Assembly: GCA_950097015.1 (NCBI GenBank)
Contig: CATNEN010000002.1
Location: forward strand, 8,494,001 to 8,558,000
Direction: 5' to 3'
Source: Macrostomum hystrix
Taxonomy: Eukaryota; Animalia; Platyhelminthes
Length of the DNA: 64,000 nucleotides
Both the position numbers and the translations under genes were made by a program. Of the stretch, positions 1 to 12,160 are shown in pieces. How positions within the stretch are numbered: the first letter of the stretch is position 1; every line of letters starts with the position of its first letter. The notes under the pieces were generated by a model, which saw nothing but the letters and a program-made list of their open reading frames with translations, searched no databases and was not told the origin of the DNA.

Positions 1-208
1 TTATTCTGTAGAAAAGCTGGTTTGGCTTAAGCAAAAGGCTCAAAAAAGTGTCCAAGAGCAACTTCAAGTATTGTGAAATGATCTTGTCTGCACTACAGCC
101 AATTAGTTACAGCAATAAGTACTTTTTTGGACACTGAAATTGAACTTATTGGCAAATAATTAATGCCTATAATATGTAATTGGCATTACTATAATTATAA
201 TAGGCAGA

Positions 209-807
209 GCTTATTCCCACGGTCCCGTGCCGATAATTTTCTGCTTATCCACACGGCAGCTTGTATGAATAGGTCTAAAACTCTTTATATAAATATGCTG
301 TGTCATTAATTTCCATTTTATTCACACAGTTCTGTTCTTCGAAATGAGGCCCTTTCGGGTTTGAATGTTTTGTTGAACCCTCGAGCCAATAGATAGACTA
401 AGTTGAAAGTTGCCAGTGTGTTACGACAGTTTTCTACATTTCGACCTACACATTTATTAACCGACATTAATGTCATCCTTTTTTATCGCAATAACAACTT
501 AATAAATCTTTTGTCATTGTTACGTGTTTTCATTCGAATTGTATTGACTTAAAAAGTAAGAAGTCTATCAAAGAAAATCATACGAGTCAACCAGCAGAAT
601 TCTAGTCAGCACCAAGCTCGTCACACATATTATATATCATTGTTATTATTTTACACTATGCATTGATAGTGTACAAAAGAGAAGAATAGGTAGGGACTTG
701 AAAGTAGACCTATTCATACAAGCTGCCATGTGGATAAGCATAAAATTATTGGCACGGATCTGTGTGGATAAAATTGAAATTATCAGCACAGGACCGTGGG
801 AATAAGC
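209..807. mobile_element. MITE-like non-autonomous element with ~68-bp terminal inverted repeats
   Basis: 209-276 (GCTTATTCCCACGGTCCCGTGCCGATAATTTTCTGCTTATCCACACGGCAGCTTGTATGAATAGGTCT) is the near-perfect reverse complement of 706-807, where the right arm carries a short internal duplication. The interior is AT-rich and non-coding. No clear TSD. Confidence 0.7.
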
Positions 808-2411
808 ACTTCCTTACTAATAATACTAGCATAGCTGTGTTCAGCATACTGTATACCTTATCTTTGTACTTTCTTATCTTTGAACATTTTGTCCCTGTGC
901 ATTGATCATGTTTATCTTATTTTTTTGTCATTTATTAGTGTAACTTTCATTCTTTTGTTCTCCATTTCATCCAAACCAAAATTTCGTCAAAAGATATAAA
1001 AAGTTAAGAAGGTAAATTTTTCTGTAAATTGCTCGGTGCCTTATTAACGGATAGGTTTATAAATTTACTGTAAATCTAAACGACCTCTTAATGTTAATCC
1101 AAAATGTTTCAAAGGGGGCATACAATGCATTAAATTTAAAGCTTACCTCATTGTTTTGAACAAAAGCAAACACAACTATAATTCAAATAGACTTTCTTGA
1201 GTCTAAACGTAAAAAATAAACTAGCCTACTTTTATATACCTCTTCTACTTATATATACCTCTTCTACTTATATAGCGTAAGCACAAACAGTCCAAAACGT
1301 GTTATATTCTCCTATTATTACCTATTTTACAATCTCGTAGCCGCTAATCTGTTCTGAAACAAATGTTTTGTAATGTGTTTTGTAAAAAAATAAGTGATTT
1401 TGAATTGGATTTTCTACTTCCGTTTTTTGCTGCAATATTTCAAGGTTTGAGTTCTTTATTTATAATTAAACTAGCTTAGAGTATTTTTCAAACAACATTT
1501 TTTTTGTTTTAACCTACAGCTTTGCATTTAATTGTTCATGTTCGTCATTTTAAAAGAAAAATGTGCGTTTATTATATTTTTGTGGTTTTAAATGCTTATA
1601 ACGTTTGATGTCTAAACATACATACAACTCGACTTGATTGTATGCATATATTACGCCACAAAAATGTAGTTTTATTAGAATGCGCGCTTAACATATATGT
1701 AGCTCAGTCATTTAATGTGAAAGACTTGCAGTGGCATGTTAGGCCTAGTGTTTTTGGTACAAGTAGTAAGCTAACTTTTGTGTTTTACCAAATAGCCATT
1801 AAATTAAATGCTGTGTACTATACAAATTATATTATGCATTTTACTTTCATAGGCCTAGCTTGATCACACTTCATATTCATGACTGAGCAAGTAGTGTTTT
1901 GCCATAATTATTTTTACTGTTATAACCTCAACTGTAATTGTAGCTGTAGGGCCTAATCAATGGGTAATCCGCATAATTATACCATACTGTAAAATATGCA
2001 TATGGTCTTAAAATCTCTGTAATCTGCTATTCGCCATAACTGTAACCATAATGAAAAATATGGCTTCAAAAGGGCCCTCCCTTCATTTGCCATAACTGTA
2101 ATTGGTATATTATCTAGCCTGCAAGCTATCTTTTTTTAGATAACTATTAGCCCTATTGAAAGAAGTTGACAATACACACATGGCATCTGGTGCCTTTTTC
2201 AGATTTTTCTAAAGCACAGTGCATGCTTTTCCTACTTAACTGCTACTCAAAAAGACTTAAGCAGCCTGCAGAAAGAGGCATGGACTGGCCACAAAGACAG
2301 GCACAAACAGTCAAACACAATTAATACTGCATCCATTTTTTAGAAGTCATGGCACAAACAGTGCACCTTCTTGACCATGGGGTGGCACTAGGCTAAAGTG
2401 CACCTTTTGGG

Positions 2412-2752
2412 GGGTCTGTGGCAGAGTGGTTATTGCATTTGCCTCTCGCACCAGTCCCTAAGTTCAATTCCATATTGAGGCTACATTTATTTGGGGTGCA
2501 GCTATGGAAAGAAGGCTTTAGGGCTTGGTGTACAATTAATTGCCTTGTGGGCCAATCTCCAAGGCACAGGTAAATGTACATTGCTTGACAATAAGACAGT
2601 TAGGGTAGATATATACACCTGTGTGAGCATGTGCCCGCATACAGTATGTGTGCTCAAGAGTCAGCAAAATGGGCAGAATTTCCTCCTTGCTGGCTGCAGG
2701 TCTGCATGTGCCACTGCCGGCAGCCCTCCTGCAATTATTATTATTATTATAA
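2412..2752 (+). mobile_element. tRNA-derived SINE, family A, near full length
   Basis: A-box-like TGGCAGAGTGG, B-box-like GTTCAATTCC, a body shared with copies at 5840, 11230, 31455, 33410(-) and 34115, and an (ATT)n tail. Confidence 0.75.
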
Positions 2753-3220
2753 GGGCACCTTTCTCAATCCTTCTTAATTCTATGTGCATGTGTCTACGAG
2801 TTTTCAACATTTATTCCTATAGGGAATATTAGTTTAAAAGTATAGCTTGCAAGCCTTTTAAAAAATATCAATACTTTTTCTTCTGTGTGCACATGCATTA
2901 AGCCTACAGTAGCTCAGTAATATGAAACTACATCAAACTGTCATAGCTAGTCAAACAAAGTTGAGGAAATAAATTAAATTAAATTAAAACTATTTTTTAA
3001 TATAAACATTTTTCTAATTAATAGATTTTTAGTTGTTCAAAAAACAGAATATAGATATTGAACATCATGTAGAAGCCTCAAATGAAGCCAGTAGACTGCC
3101 TAATGAATATAATAATGTGTTTTTTTCTAATTTCAATATGATATTCAGTATTACAATTCAATATGAAATCTTACAGCCACAGGACATTAATTCAACACCA
3201 GTTATGCCAGTCAACAAGCT

Positions 3221-6200
3221 ATGTCTGACAATGATGACCTTGTGATTCTTAGTCCACCAACTACTCAAAAAGGTTTCAAAGGCCATTTGTTAATCAGCCC
3301 TGAGCGAGTCAAGAAGGAGCCTGGCGTGCAAGTTGGCATGGTCAGCCCCTCACAGCCGTCAGGACCCAGCAGCAGTAGCCAACCCGGCCTATCCGTTCCT
3401 GTGTTGAATTCTCATTCGAGGCCTCCGCCAAATAGCGGGTCCCGCATTCCGCCAGTTGCCCCAAGGTAACCATTAGTTTCTTTATATCGTAATTAAAATG
3501 CTTCAGGTTCCCTCATCAGAGCCGCTTTAGGTTCAATCGTCAGGGACGCTTCAGGTTCACTCATCAGAGCCGCTTCAGGTTCAATCTTCAGGGACGCTTC
3601 AGGTTCACTCATCAGAGCCGCTTCAGGTTCAATCTTCAGGGACGCTTCAGGTTCACCCATCAGAGCCGATTCAGGTGCCCTCATCAGAGCCGCTTCAGGT
3701 TCCCTCATCAGAGCCGCTTCAGGTTCACTCATCAGAGCCGCTTCAGGTTCCCTCATCAGAGCCGCTTCAGGTTCACTCATCAGAGCCGCTTCAGGTTCAA
3801 TCTTCAGGGACGCTTCAGGTTCACCCATCAGAGCCGCTTCAGGTTCCCTCATCAGAGCCGCTTCAGGTTCCCTCATCAGAGCCGCTTCAGGTTCACTCAT
3901 CAGAGCCGCTTCAGGTTCCCTCATCAGAGCCGCTTCAGGTTCACTCATCAGAGCCGCTTCAGGTTCAATCTTCAGAGCCGCTTCAGGTTCCCTCATCAGA
4001 GCCGCTTCAGGTTCCCTCATCAGAGCCGCTTCGGCGTTCCTCTTTAAGAGCCACTTCAGGTTCACGCTGAAATATGGTTTCGCGTTGTCCTGGGTACTTT
4101 AGTGTCTCTTCAGCTTTTTCGGCTCTCGTCTGTTCATTGTTTACTGTTTCATTGCATTACCCAGATCTGCTCACTGGTAAATTCTCGCCCTTGCATGCGC
4201 AGGCATAACGTGATTGTGCCAACAGCAGCCACCGCATCCGGTACCGGAGGCCCCAGACTGAATCCCGCACTGAACCCCGGCCTGTATTATCGCGCCGACC
4301 AGCAGCAGCAGGCAGTCAAGCAGAGCTCCTTGATTCAATCCTCGCCAATGATGCCGGGTCCGCCCACCGGTCAGCTGCCAGGCCAGCCGGCCGCAGCCTC
4401 CTTCGTCATCAACAGCCAGGCCGGGCCCGTGAGCCGCGTGGACCAGAGCGCCCCGGTGCTGCTGGACTCGCGCCTCATCCTGTCCCACGTGTCACCATTG
4501 GAGAATCACGACTCGCACCAGCTGCTTAACCAGATCAAATATCCTCACGAGGCTTCGTCTATTATTAAATGCATTGAGTGCTGCGACCAGTTCTACTTTA
4601 GACAGTGCTACCAGCACCACAGGTGAGCTTTTGGTCTTGAAGCCTCTAAGTTATTTTAAATACACATTTTTCTTTTTCAATCGCCCTGAAAATCCAGATT
4701 ATCAACTATTCTCGTCGGGGGTGTCTAATGGCAAATATTATAGCATAATTTATCTGCTCTCAGAGTTTCGCCAAGTCTTTTATTATTAATTCTATTGTAT
4801 TTAATAACATTTTATAGAGGTTTGTACAAACCGATTTTAGTTGTCCTTGTCACCAGGGTCTTAGACAAGAAGCGCTGAATATCTGGACGATGCTGATGTT
4901 GGACTGCTTTGAAAGCTAGTTAATTGTAAGGCAGTGTTTAGATCTGGGTGGTCTGGAGTTCGAATTTTAGCCCACAGGTGGAAAATTTTCACCTTAACCA
5001 AGAATCGAATTTAATACATTTCTTCACACTAGCTGTAAAATAGGTGCCAAAATTTGCTATTAAGAACTTACGATTCCCTAAACTCCCTAAACACAGGGAG
5101 CGCCAGGTCGTGTCCATCACTTACAATTGCGAGATCTGCATGCGCAAATTGTACTTTTACAACAAGTGCGCCCTGTTCGCCCACGTGCGCACCCACAAGC
5201 TGGGCTCCGTGGATCCCAGCAAGCTCACCATCTGCAGCCTGCCGCTCGCCAAGCTCAAGACACTCAGCGAGGTCAGCCTGAAGCAGGTGGTCACCCAGCT
5301 GGACCAGGCCCACTCCAAGTACCAGGAGGCGCTCAAGGCACTCAATGCCTGCCTGCCGCCTGGCAGTCAGCAGCAGAATCAGCTGATGCGGACTGCTGAA
5401 CATCAGATGGGCAACCCGTTCTCCTTGGACGGCGCCACCGCTGCCGCTGGTTCAACGGCCGCCTCCGGGGGGACTGCCAGCTCCGCTGCCGCGGCTCTTG
5501 TCGCAGCCGCTTCGCTGGCCTCCTCCGGCCTGCCCGGCACCAGCGGCGGTGTTGGCGCCGGCATTCCCGGCAGCGCCGTTGTTCCCATTACCATCGACTT
5601 GGAGGAGGGCGGCGGTGGCGCCGGCTCAGACTCCGCTGGCGGCTCCGTGGCCGGAGATGCCACCGGTTCAGCCACGGCCGCCGATCTGTCAGTTTCGGCT
5701 GCTGGAACTGGAGGCGGTGGCGAAGCTAAGGATTCCAGACCTACTGCGGTTGTTGAGCCGGCCATTGTGCAGGTTAGAAGCCCGATTGTATAAACTTCAG
5801 CATCAGTGTCGTCAATCTTTTACATTCTAAGTGTTTGCGGGCCAACCTGCAAGGCACAATGAGACTGTAGACTGACTGACGATGAGAAAGTCTGTGTGCG
5901 TATGTGCTCAGGAGTCAGCAAAATGGGCAGAATTGCCACCTCGCTGGCTGCTGGTCAAGTGTCACCATGTGATGTGCCATTTCCCGCAGCCCTCCTGCAA
6001 TTATAATTATCATTATTATTAGTTCTTCCCCAGCCAACCGAGCTGATCCCAATTGCTCCATTCTCTCAGGCCGCATCATTCACGTCAGGCGCCGGCGACG
6101 CCGCTTCAACAGACAGCGGCGGTGCTTCAACATCCACATTGCCCAGAGCGCGCCAGCAGCAGACCTGCGCCGTCTGCCTGGGCTCATTCGACAGTCTGGC

Positions 6201-8569
6201 TGTACACCTTGGCGACAGCTTGAAGGAGTGCCCTCTGTGCCGCAAGTTCGTGCCGGACAGTCGCTGCGCTCTGCGCGCCCACTACCGCCTGCACCTGTCC
6301 GCGCCGGGGCCCTGTCCGGAGTGCGGCGAGGAAGTCGCGCCGCCCGGAGCCTCCCAGATGGACAGGGAGGTGGCAATGCGGGTGCACCTGCGCTCCCAGT
6401 GCCTGCACCTTCAGCGCTCCAAGGTGTTTATCTGCCTGAAGTGCGAGTACCCACCCAGGGCCTTCTCGGCTCTGAGACAACTGGCCGACCACGTCATTCA
6501 CAGCCACACTGAGAAGTTCTTCAAGTGCACAGTCTGCACCCTGGCTTTCCGGCACACCAACCAGCTGGCTGCTCACCTAGAGAAGGAGCACAACTCACAG
6601 CTTACTGGTGAGCCAGCTCACTGACTGAGCCATCCACTTTGCTTAGATGCGCAAACTCCCCACCCTATCTTCTCCACTCTACCCTCTCCGCTTCTCTCTC
6701 CACTCTACTCTTTCCACTCTACCCTCCCCACTCTACTCTCTTCACACTACCCTATCCACTCTACCCTCTCCACTCTACCCTCTCCACTCTACTCTCTTCA
6801 CTCTACCCAGTCCACTCTACTCTCTACCCTCTCCACTCAACCCTCCCCACTCTACTCTCTTTACTCACCCAATCCACTCTACTCTCTCCACTCTACCCTC
6901 TCCACTCTACTCTCTCCACTCTACTCTCTTCACTCAATCTCTCCACTCTACCATCTCCACGCACCCTCTTTACTCTACTCTCATAACTCTCCCCTCTCCA
7001 CTCTAACCCCCTGTCTACTTTCTCCCATTGAAAGGCCTCCCTTGAACGCGCAGATTAGTGAAAGCAAACAAAATCCGCAGGCAAGCCGGCCAAGATCTTT
7101 AAGTGCCCGATCTGCGACCTGATCTTCAACGACTCCGGCAACCTGGGCAAGCACCTGCTCACCCACCTGCCACACCAGATGTTCTGCAAGTCCGCCATGG
7201 CCTTCCGCTGTCTGGACAGCTGCCGCCAGATCTTCCTGGAGAAGAAAGGTCTCAAAAGGCACCTGAACGCCTGCCGTAGCACCGTTGTGACCGAATCCAA
7301 CCTGCCCTGCGTGCTCTGTGAGATCAACGTCAGCTTCTTCAGCAACGTCGCCGAGCTCCGCGCTCACGAGGAGACGCACCTGAACCCGACCGCTGGCGGC
7401 TGGTGCCCCAACTGCGAGACCGAGGTGCCGGCCAACCTTCTGGACCATCTGCGCCAGGAGCAGAAGGCCAAGGACGCCAAGGAGCGCAAACAGCTACCTG
7501 AGCAGCAGCAGCCGCAGGAGCAGCAGATGGATAAGCCAGTTCAAAAAGTGAAGGAGAAGCCAGTTCAGAAGGAGAAACAGCCGGAGCTGCCGCAGCGCAA
7601 GGTCACGTGCCACTGCGGCCGAGAGATGTCCGATGCCGCTGCTGTTGCTAAGTGAGTTTTTTGTGTCTACTGATTCACTAGTTATAGAGAGCAGGGGCCT
7701 AGTCATTGACAGGTAGTGGAGAAGAGGTCCAGTCACTGATTGACAGGGGGTTTAGCAGAGGCCCAGTCACTGACAGGAGGTTTATCAGGGGCCCAGTCAC
7801 TGATTGACAGGTGGTTGAGCGGAGGCCCAGTCACTGATTGACAGGTGGTTGAGCAGAGGCCCAGTCACTGACTGACAGGTGGTTTATCAGGGGCCCAGTC
7901 ACTGATGGACAGGTGGTTGAGCAGAGGCCCAGTCACTGGTTGGCAGGTGGTTGAGCAGAGGCCCAGTCACTGATTTACAGGTGGTTAAGCGGAGGCCCAG
8001 TCACTGATTGACAGCTGTGAGAGCAGTATTCGCTGTGACTAAAACCGCATTGTTAAATCTGCCGCAGGCACATGTCGGAGGCGGCTCACCCCATCGTGAC
8101 GGAGGCGCAGCTGGTGGAGCCGCAGTCAGGCCCGGATGTGCTCTACCGCTGCCGCGACTGTCCAACCCAGTTGCCATGCACGGAGCTCACTGAGCACATC
8201 TTCGCTGAGCACCCCGGCCTCTGCTACCTGTGCAACGCCGCCCAGCGGACCTCCGTGCACCTCCTCGGCTGCCTGCTCAGCCCAGGCGGCCGCATGGAGG
8301 GCTCCGCCGCCGACGATGACGCGGCCTCCGACTCCGGCGGCCAGCAGCAGCGAGCTCCGACCGCCGTGGCCGGCTTCAAGCGGCCGGCCGAGCGAGACCA
8401 GCAGCAGCCCAAGCAGCCCGAGGGCGTCAAACTCGCCCGCCTGTCCGGCGCTGATGAGCCCGCAGCCTCCGTGACCGCCGCCGGCCTGAGCTGCGGCGAG
8501 TGCGGCGCCCGCTTCCTGACCAATTCAGCCCTGCAGGTGCATCGCGTGGCCACCAGGCACGACATTTGA
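3221..8569 (+). CDS. Multi-C2H2 zinc finger protein, ZNF532/ZNF592/ZNF687-like; exons 3221-3465, 4203-4622, 5097-5772, 6070-6607, 7081-7651, 8068-8569
   Basis: All introns are GT-AG with matching phases (2,2,0,1,2). CIECCDQF...HHR-ERQVVSITYNCEICMRKLYFYNKCALFAHVRTH resembles the family motif C..C...L.FYNKC.LL.H.R.H. Many further CxxC...HxxxH fingers follow. The start codon is less certain. Confidence 0.8.
3496..4066. repeat. 24-bp intronic minisatellite (TCAGGTTCCCTCATCAGAGCCGCT)n
   Basis: About 23 tandem units inside intron 1 of the ZNF gene. It produces the repetitive ORFs 3493-4065 and 3675-4070. Confidence 0.95.
5840..6022 (+). mobile_element. SINE family A, 3' fragment
   Basis: Matches the body and tail of 2412-2752 (GTGCTCAGGAGTCAGCAAAATGGGCAGAATT...CAGCCCTCCTGCAATT plus ATT tail). 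Lies in ZNF intron 3. Confidence 0.7.
6660..7020. repeat. CT-rich low-complexity repeat (CCACTCTACTCTCT-like)
   Basis: Degenerate pyrimidine-rich tandem array in ZNF intron 4. Confidence 0.9.
7690..8012. repeat. ~34-bp intronic minisatellite (GGCCCAGTCACTGATTGACAGGTGGTTGAGCAGA)n
   Basis: About 9 tandem units in ZNF intron 5. Confidence 0.9.
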
Positions 8570-9489
8570 ATCGGCAGCTCCGGCTCCGGCCCCGTGTTGA
8601 CACAGGACAGGCCAATGCGACTTTCGGTTGCTATCCAATCGTTTCACCCCCATTCCTCACTTAATCGCTTAATCCACTTTGTTCTCATTGTTGTTCATTA
8701 TCTGCTTCTGTTTCCTTTGACCCAATTCCCAGCTTTCATTAACAGTGTTAATCTGCTTTTCTATTGCTGCTTTTTGGTTTGCCTGAAAATTTCTCTGATT
8801 TCTAAAAAAACTAAAAGATGCGAAACTTTTTGCTGAGCTTCATCACTGTTCCCAGCTGCCTCTGTTCATTAGACAGCACCTGATGCAGGTGTTATAACCA
8901 CCTGTGCTAGCACTCACTATGCTACTTATGCGCTCACCATCAGTAGTATGATTTTTTCTGCTGTACTGTGTGTATCATTTTTATAGAATTGCTACAACTT
9001 ACAAATGGTTAGAACGCCCTTGTACTCGACCTGAAGCTTTAATCAATTTCCTCGCATATTGCTTGCTTAGAAGTTTTCATAACATTTTCAACAATTGTTC
9101 TAGTTAGGTCTTATTTAAACACATTTGTGTTTTGTTTCATTATAAACCGCTTTTTACCTTATTCCTAGGGCTGTCATTTTCCTAGACTTTGTTACCTGTC
9201 CTTGTGTCTTTTGCTGTAGTGAGCAGTTTAACTTTACTGTCCGAGTTGTTCTGTTGTCTGCTTTTTACTACTCTTTTGCCCCTGTCAAATTTTATTGTTA
9301 TCATTGTTATCATTACTGTTTCTAACTGTCCGCGCTCTACCAACTGTCCTGTCAGTTTTTCTTTTCGGTTTGCAAGAAATATCTTTGTGATTGGAAAGCA
9401 ACTATAGTACTGAATGCTGTCTACACCTCTGTGTTGCTGAATTTCATGACTATTGGGTTCACCGTTGCATCTCACTCAATCGATTCCGG

Positions 9490-9895
9490 GTTCACCTGTC
9501 TAATCTCACCCTATGTCATCTCAATTTCCAGTCTAATCTCACCCTATCTCATCTCAATTTATCTGTCTAATCTCACCCAATCTCAGCTCAATTTCTCAGT
9601 CTAATCTCACCTTATCTAATCTCAATTTACCAGTCTAATCTCACCCTATCTCATCTCAATTTACCTGTTTAATCTCACCCAATCTCATCTCAATTTCCCA
9701 GTCTAATCTCACCCAATCTCAGCTCAATTTCCTATTCTAATCTCACCTTATCTAATCTCAATTTACCTGTCTAATCTCACCTATCTCATCTCAATTTCCA
9801 GTCTAATCTCACCCAATCTCAGCTCAATTTCCTAGTCTAATCTTACCTTATCTAATCTCAATTTACCTATCTAATCTCACCCCATCTCAGCTTGA
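9490..9895. repeat. ~34-bp minisatellite (TCTAATCTCACCCTATCTCATCTCAATTTACCTG)n
   Basis: About 12 degenerate tandem units, intergenic. Confidence 0.9.
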
Positions 9896-10432
9896 TTTTT
9901 CATTGGACTCAGCATGTATGTAAAATCATTCGCACAAGCTAGCTGATAGAGCCTACTGTTGTATAAGCAGTATGCAAAGAACATGCGATCAAGCAGCGGT
10001 TTTCTCACTTGTTTAGTTCATTAGATTTTTGCTTGCACGTGTGAGAACTGCGGCCATCACAAGCCAATCTCTTATTTCTTGACCGAACCACAGATTCTGC
10101 CTCTGAACGCACCGCTGTGATTGAACAGGAATTCAATTTGACTGCGAGCTCGCAATACGCGCAGCTTCTCCGGGTAGAACTGAATTTCCAGTGCGCAGTT
10201 GCAGATTTTTGCAACGCAATAAAATTATCATTTTCAGTTACGGTTGCTTTGATGGTCAGCACTGTTAGTCGCGGAACGCTATGCAATCCAGTTAGCATTC
10301 CCCCACCTCCCAACCAAAGCTTAAATGTCAGGTGTGAGGGCGCACTTTAATGCAAATTTACTCACACTGGAATACTGGAACTCGAATAAATAGAAGTGCC
10401 TGTGAAGCCCTGGCTATTAGAGATCAGCTGCC

Positions 10433-12160
10433 ATGTCCGCCGCCCTGCCGAGCCTGGCGCTCTGCCTCTGCTGCCTGCTGGCGCTCTCCGACTGCCAGAG
10501 ACGCCGCGTCGAGTCGCTGCCGAGGCTCAACTTCCAGCCGAGCTTCCGCCAGTACTCCGGCTACCTCAACTCCATCGACAACCGGCGCCTCTTCTACTGG
10601 CTGGTCGAGAGCTCCCACGTGCCTCCGTCTTCGGCGCCGCTCGTGCTGTGGATGAACGGCGGTCCCGGCTGCTCCTCGGTGGGCGGCCTGCTCATGACGA
10701 ACGGTCCGTTCCTGGCCAACGACCGCGCCGAGCTGGACCGCAACGAGTTCGCGTGGAACCGGCTGGCCAACGTGCTGTACATCGACTCGCCCAGCGGCGT
10801 CGGCCTGAGCGAGCCCGGACCCATCGACAAGTCCGTGCTCAACGACAATGTCACCACGCAGCTCAACCTGGCAGCGCTGCTACACTTCTACAGCCTGTTT
10901 CCCGAGTACCGAGGCCGGCCCTTCTACATCGCGGGCGAGAGCTACGCGGGCATCTACATCCCGCTGCTGGCCTCCGCCATCGTGAGCAGCGGCCGCCATC
11001 CGCAGCTCATCAACCTGACGGGCATCGCGGTGGGCAACGGCCTGCACGTACCGTACAATGCAACCCTGTTCGACAGGCATAGACAATCACTGATCTACGC
11101 AATGGGTGCCGATATTGGAATGGTTTTCAGAGCATACTTTATCCTGCGCATTCTGTGAAAAGCCCAGTGCATTATATTGGAATGGTTTTCCGAGCATACT
11201 TTATCCTGTGCATTCTGTGAAAAGCCCAGTGCATTAGGGGAGGTGGGTGGCAGTCCCTGAGCTCGATTCCGCGACGAGGCCACATTCATTGGGGCGCAGA
11301 TTGTCGTGTACTGAGAAAGCCTAGTAGATGTACACCCTGTGTGAGTGTGTGCCTGCGTACAGTATCATTTGAGTACGTGTGTGCTCAGGAGTCAGTGATA
11401 TGACTCGTGAATAAAGCCGTCCTGAAACAACTATGCGTACTGTCTATTGTCAGTGCATTCAGAACTATCCAGTATCCAATCAGAAACAATGGCCAAATGG
11501 TTTTCCCAGGTGGGCGCGAATGAATTGATCAACAGATACAACGTGGCGCAGGCTTGTTATCGGAATGGCAACGTCGACGGCTACCCGTGCCTGAACTCCA
11601 CCGGGCTGACGGCCTACCTGAATGATCGGCATGTGAGAAGGGCCCTTGGCGTCAGCGACTCGTGGCCTGCCGAGTTCAAGATCTGCAATATGCAAATATT
11701 TTCCGTGTACGTCACAGCCAAGGATGACGTCCTCCGGCCCCTGCTAGAACTCGAAGCGTTAAACAAGTCGACGCTGCTCTACCACGGCACCCTAGACCTC
11801 ACCATTCCGTTGGGCGTCACGCTGCGGCTGCTGGATCGGCTGCCGATGGGCCCGAAGACTGTCTGGCTGTACTGCCTGAGGAAGCCAGGCTACGGCCTGC
11901 AAATTGGCGGCGTTCAGAGGTCCTTCGGCCGGCTGCGACACCGCACAGTCATCGGCGCCGGACACTCCGTGTCGACTGACCGGCCAGAGATCGGCCTGCA
12001 GATTCTGAAGGACCTCCTGGCTGATGGTGACGCTGAGTCGGACAGTTGCGACGCTGACACCTCTCAGAGAAGTGCTGGACAACCAGCGGCTCAGGCTGCG
12101 GCCAGGCTCCTTCTGAGCAGCTGCGCCCTGCTCAGCGGCCTCCGATTGGCCTTCCACTGA
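10433..12160 (+). CDS. Serine carboxypeptidase, peptidase family S10 (cathepsin A-like), secreted; exons ~10433-11105 and ~11484-12160
   Basis: N-terminal signal peptide, WMNGGPGCSS, NVLYIDSPSGVGLS, catalytic Ser in GESYAG, Asp in GTLDL and His in GAGHSV. The intron boundaries are phase-consistent but the donor is weak. Confidence 0.85.
11230..11400 (+). mobile_element. SINE family A, internally deleted copy
   Basis: GAGCTCGATTCCGCGACGAGGCCACATTCATTGGGGCGCAG and GTGTGTGCTCAGGAGTCAG match the 33410-33790(-) copy. Confidence 0.65.
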
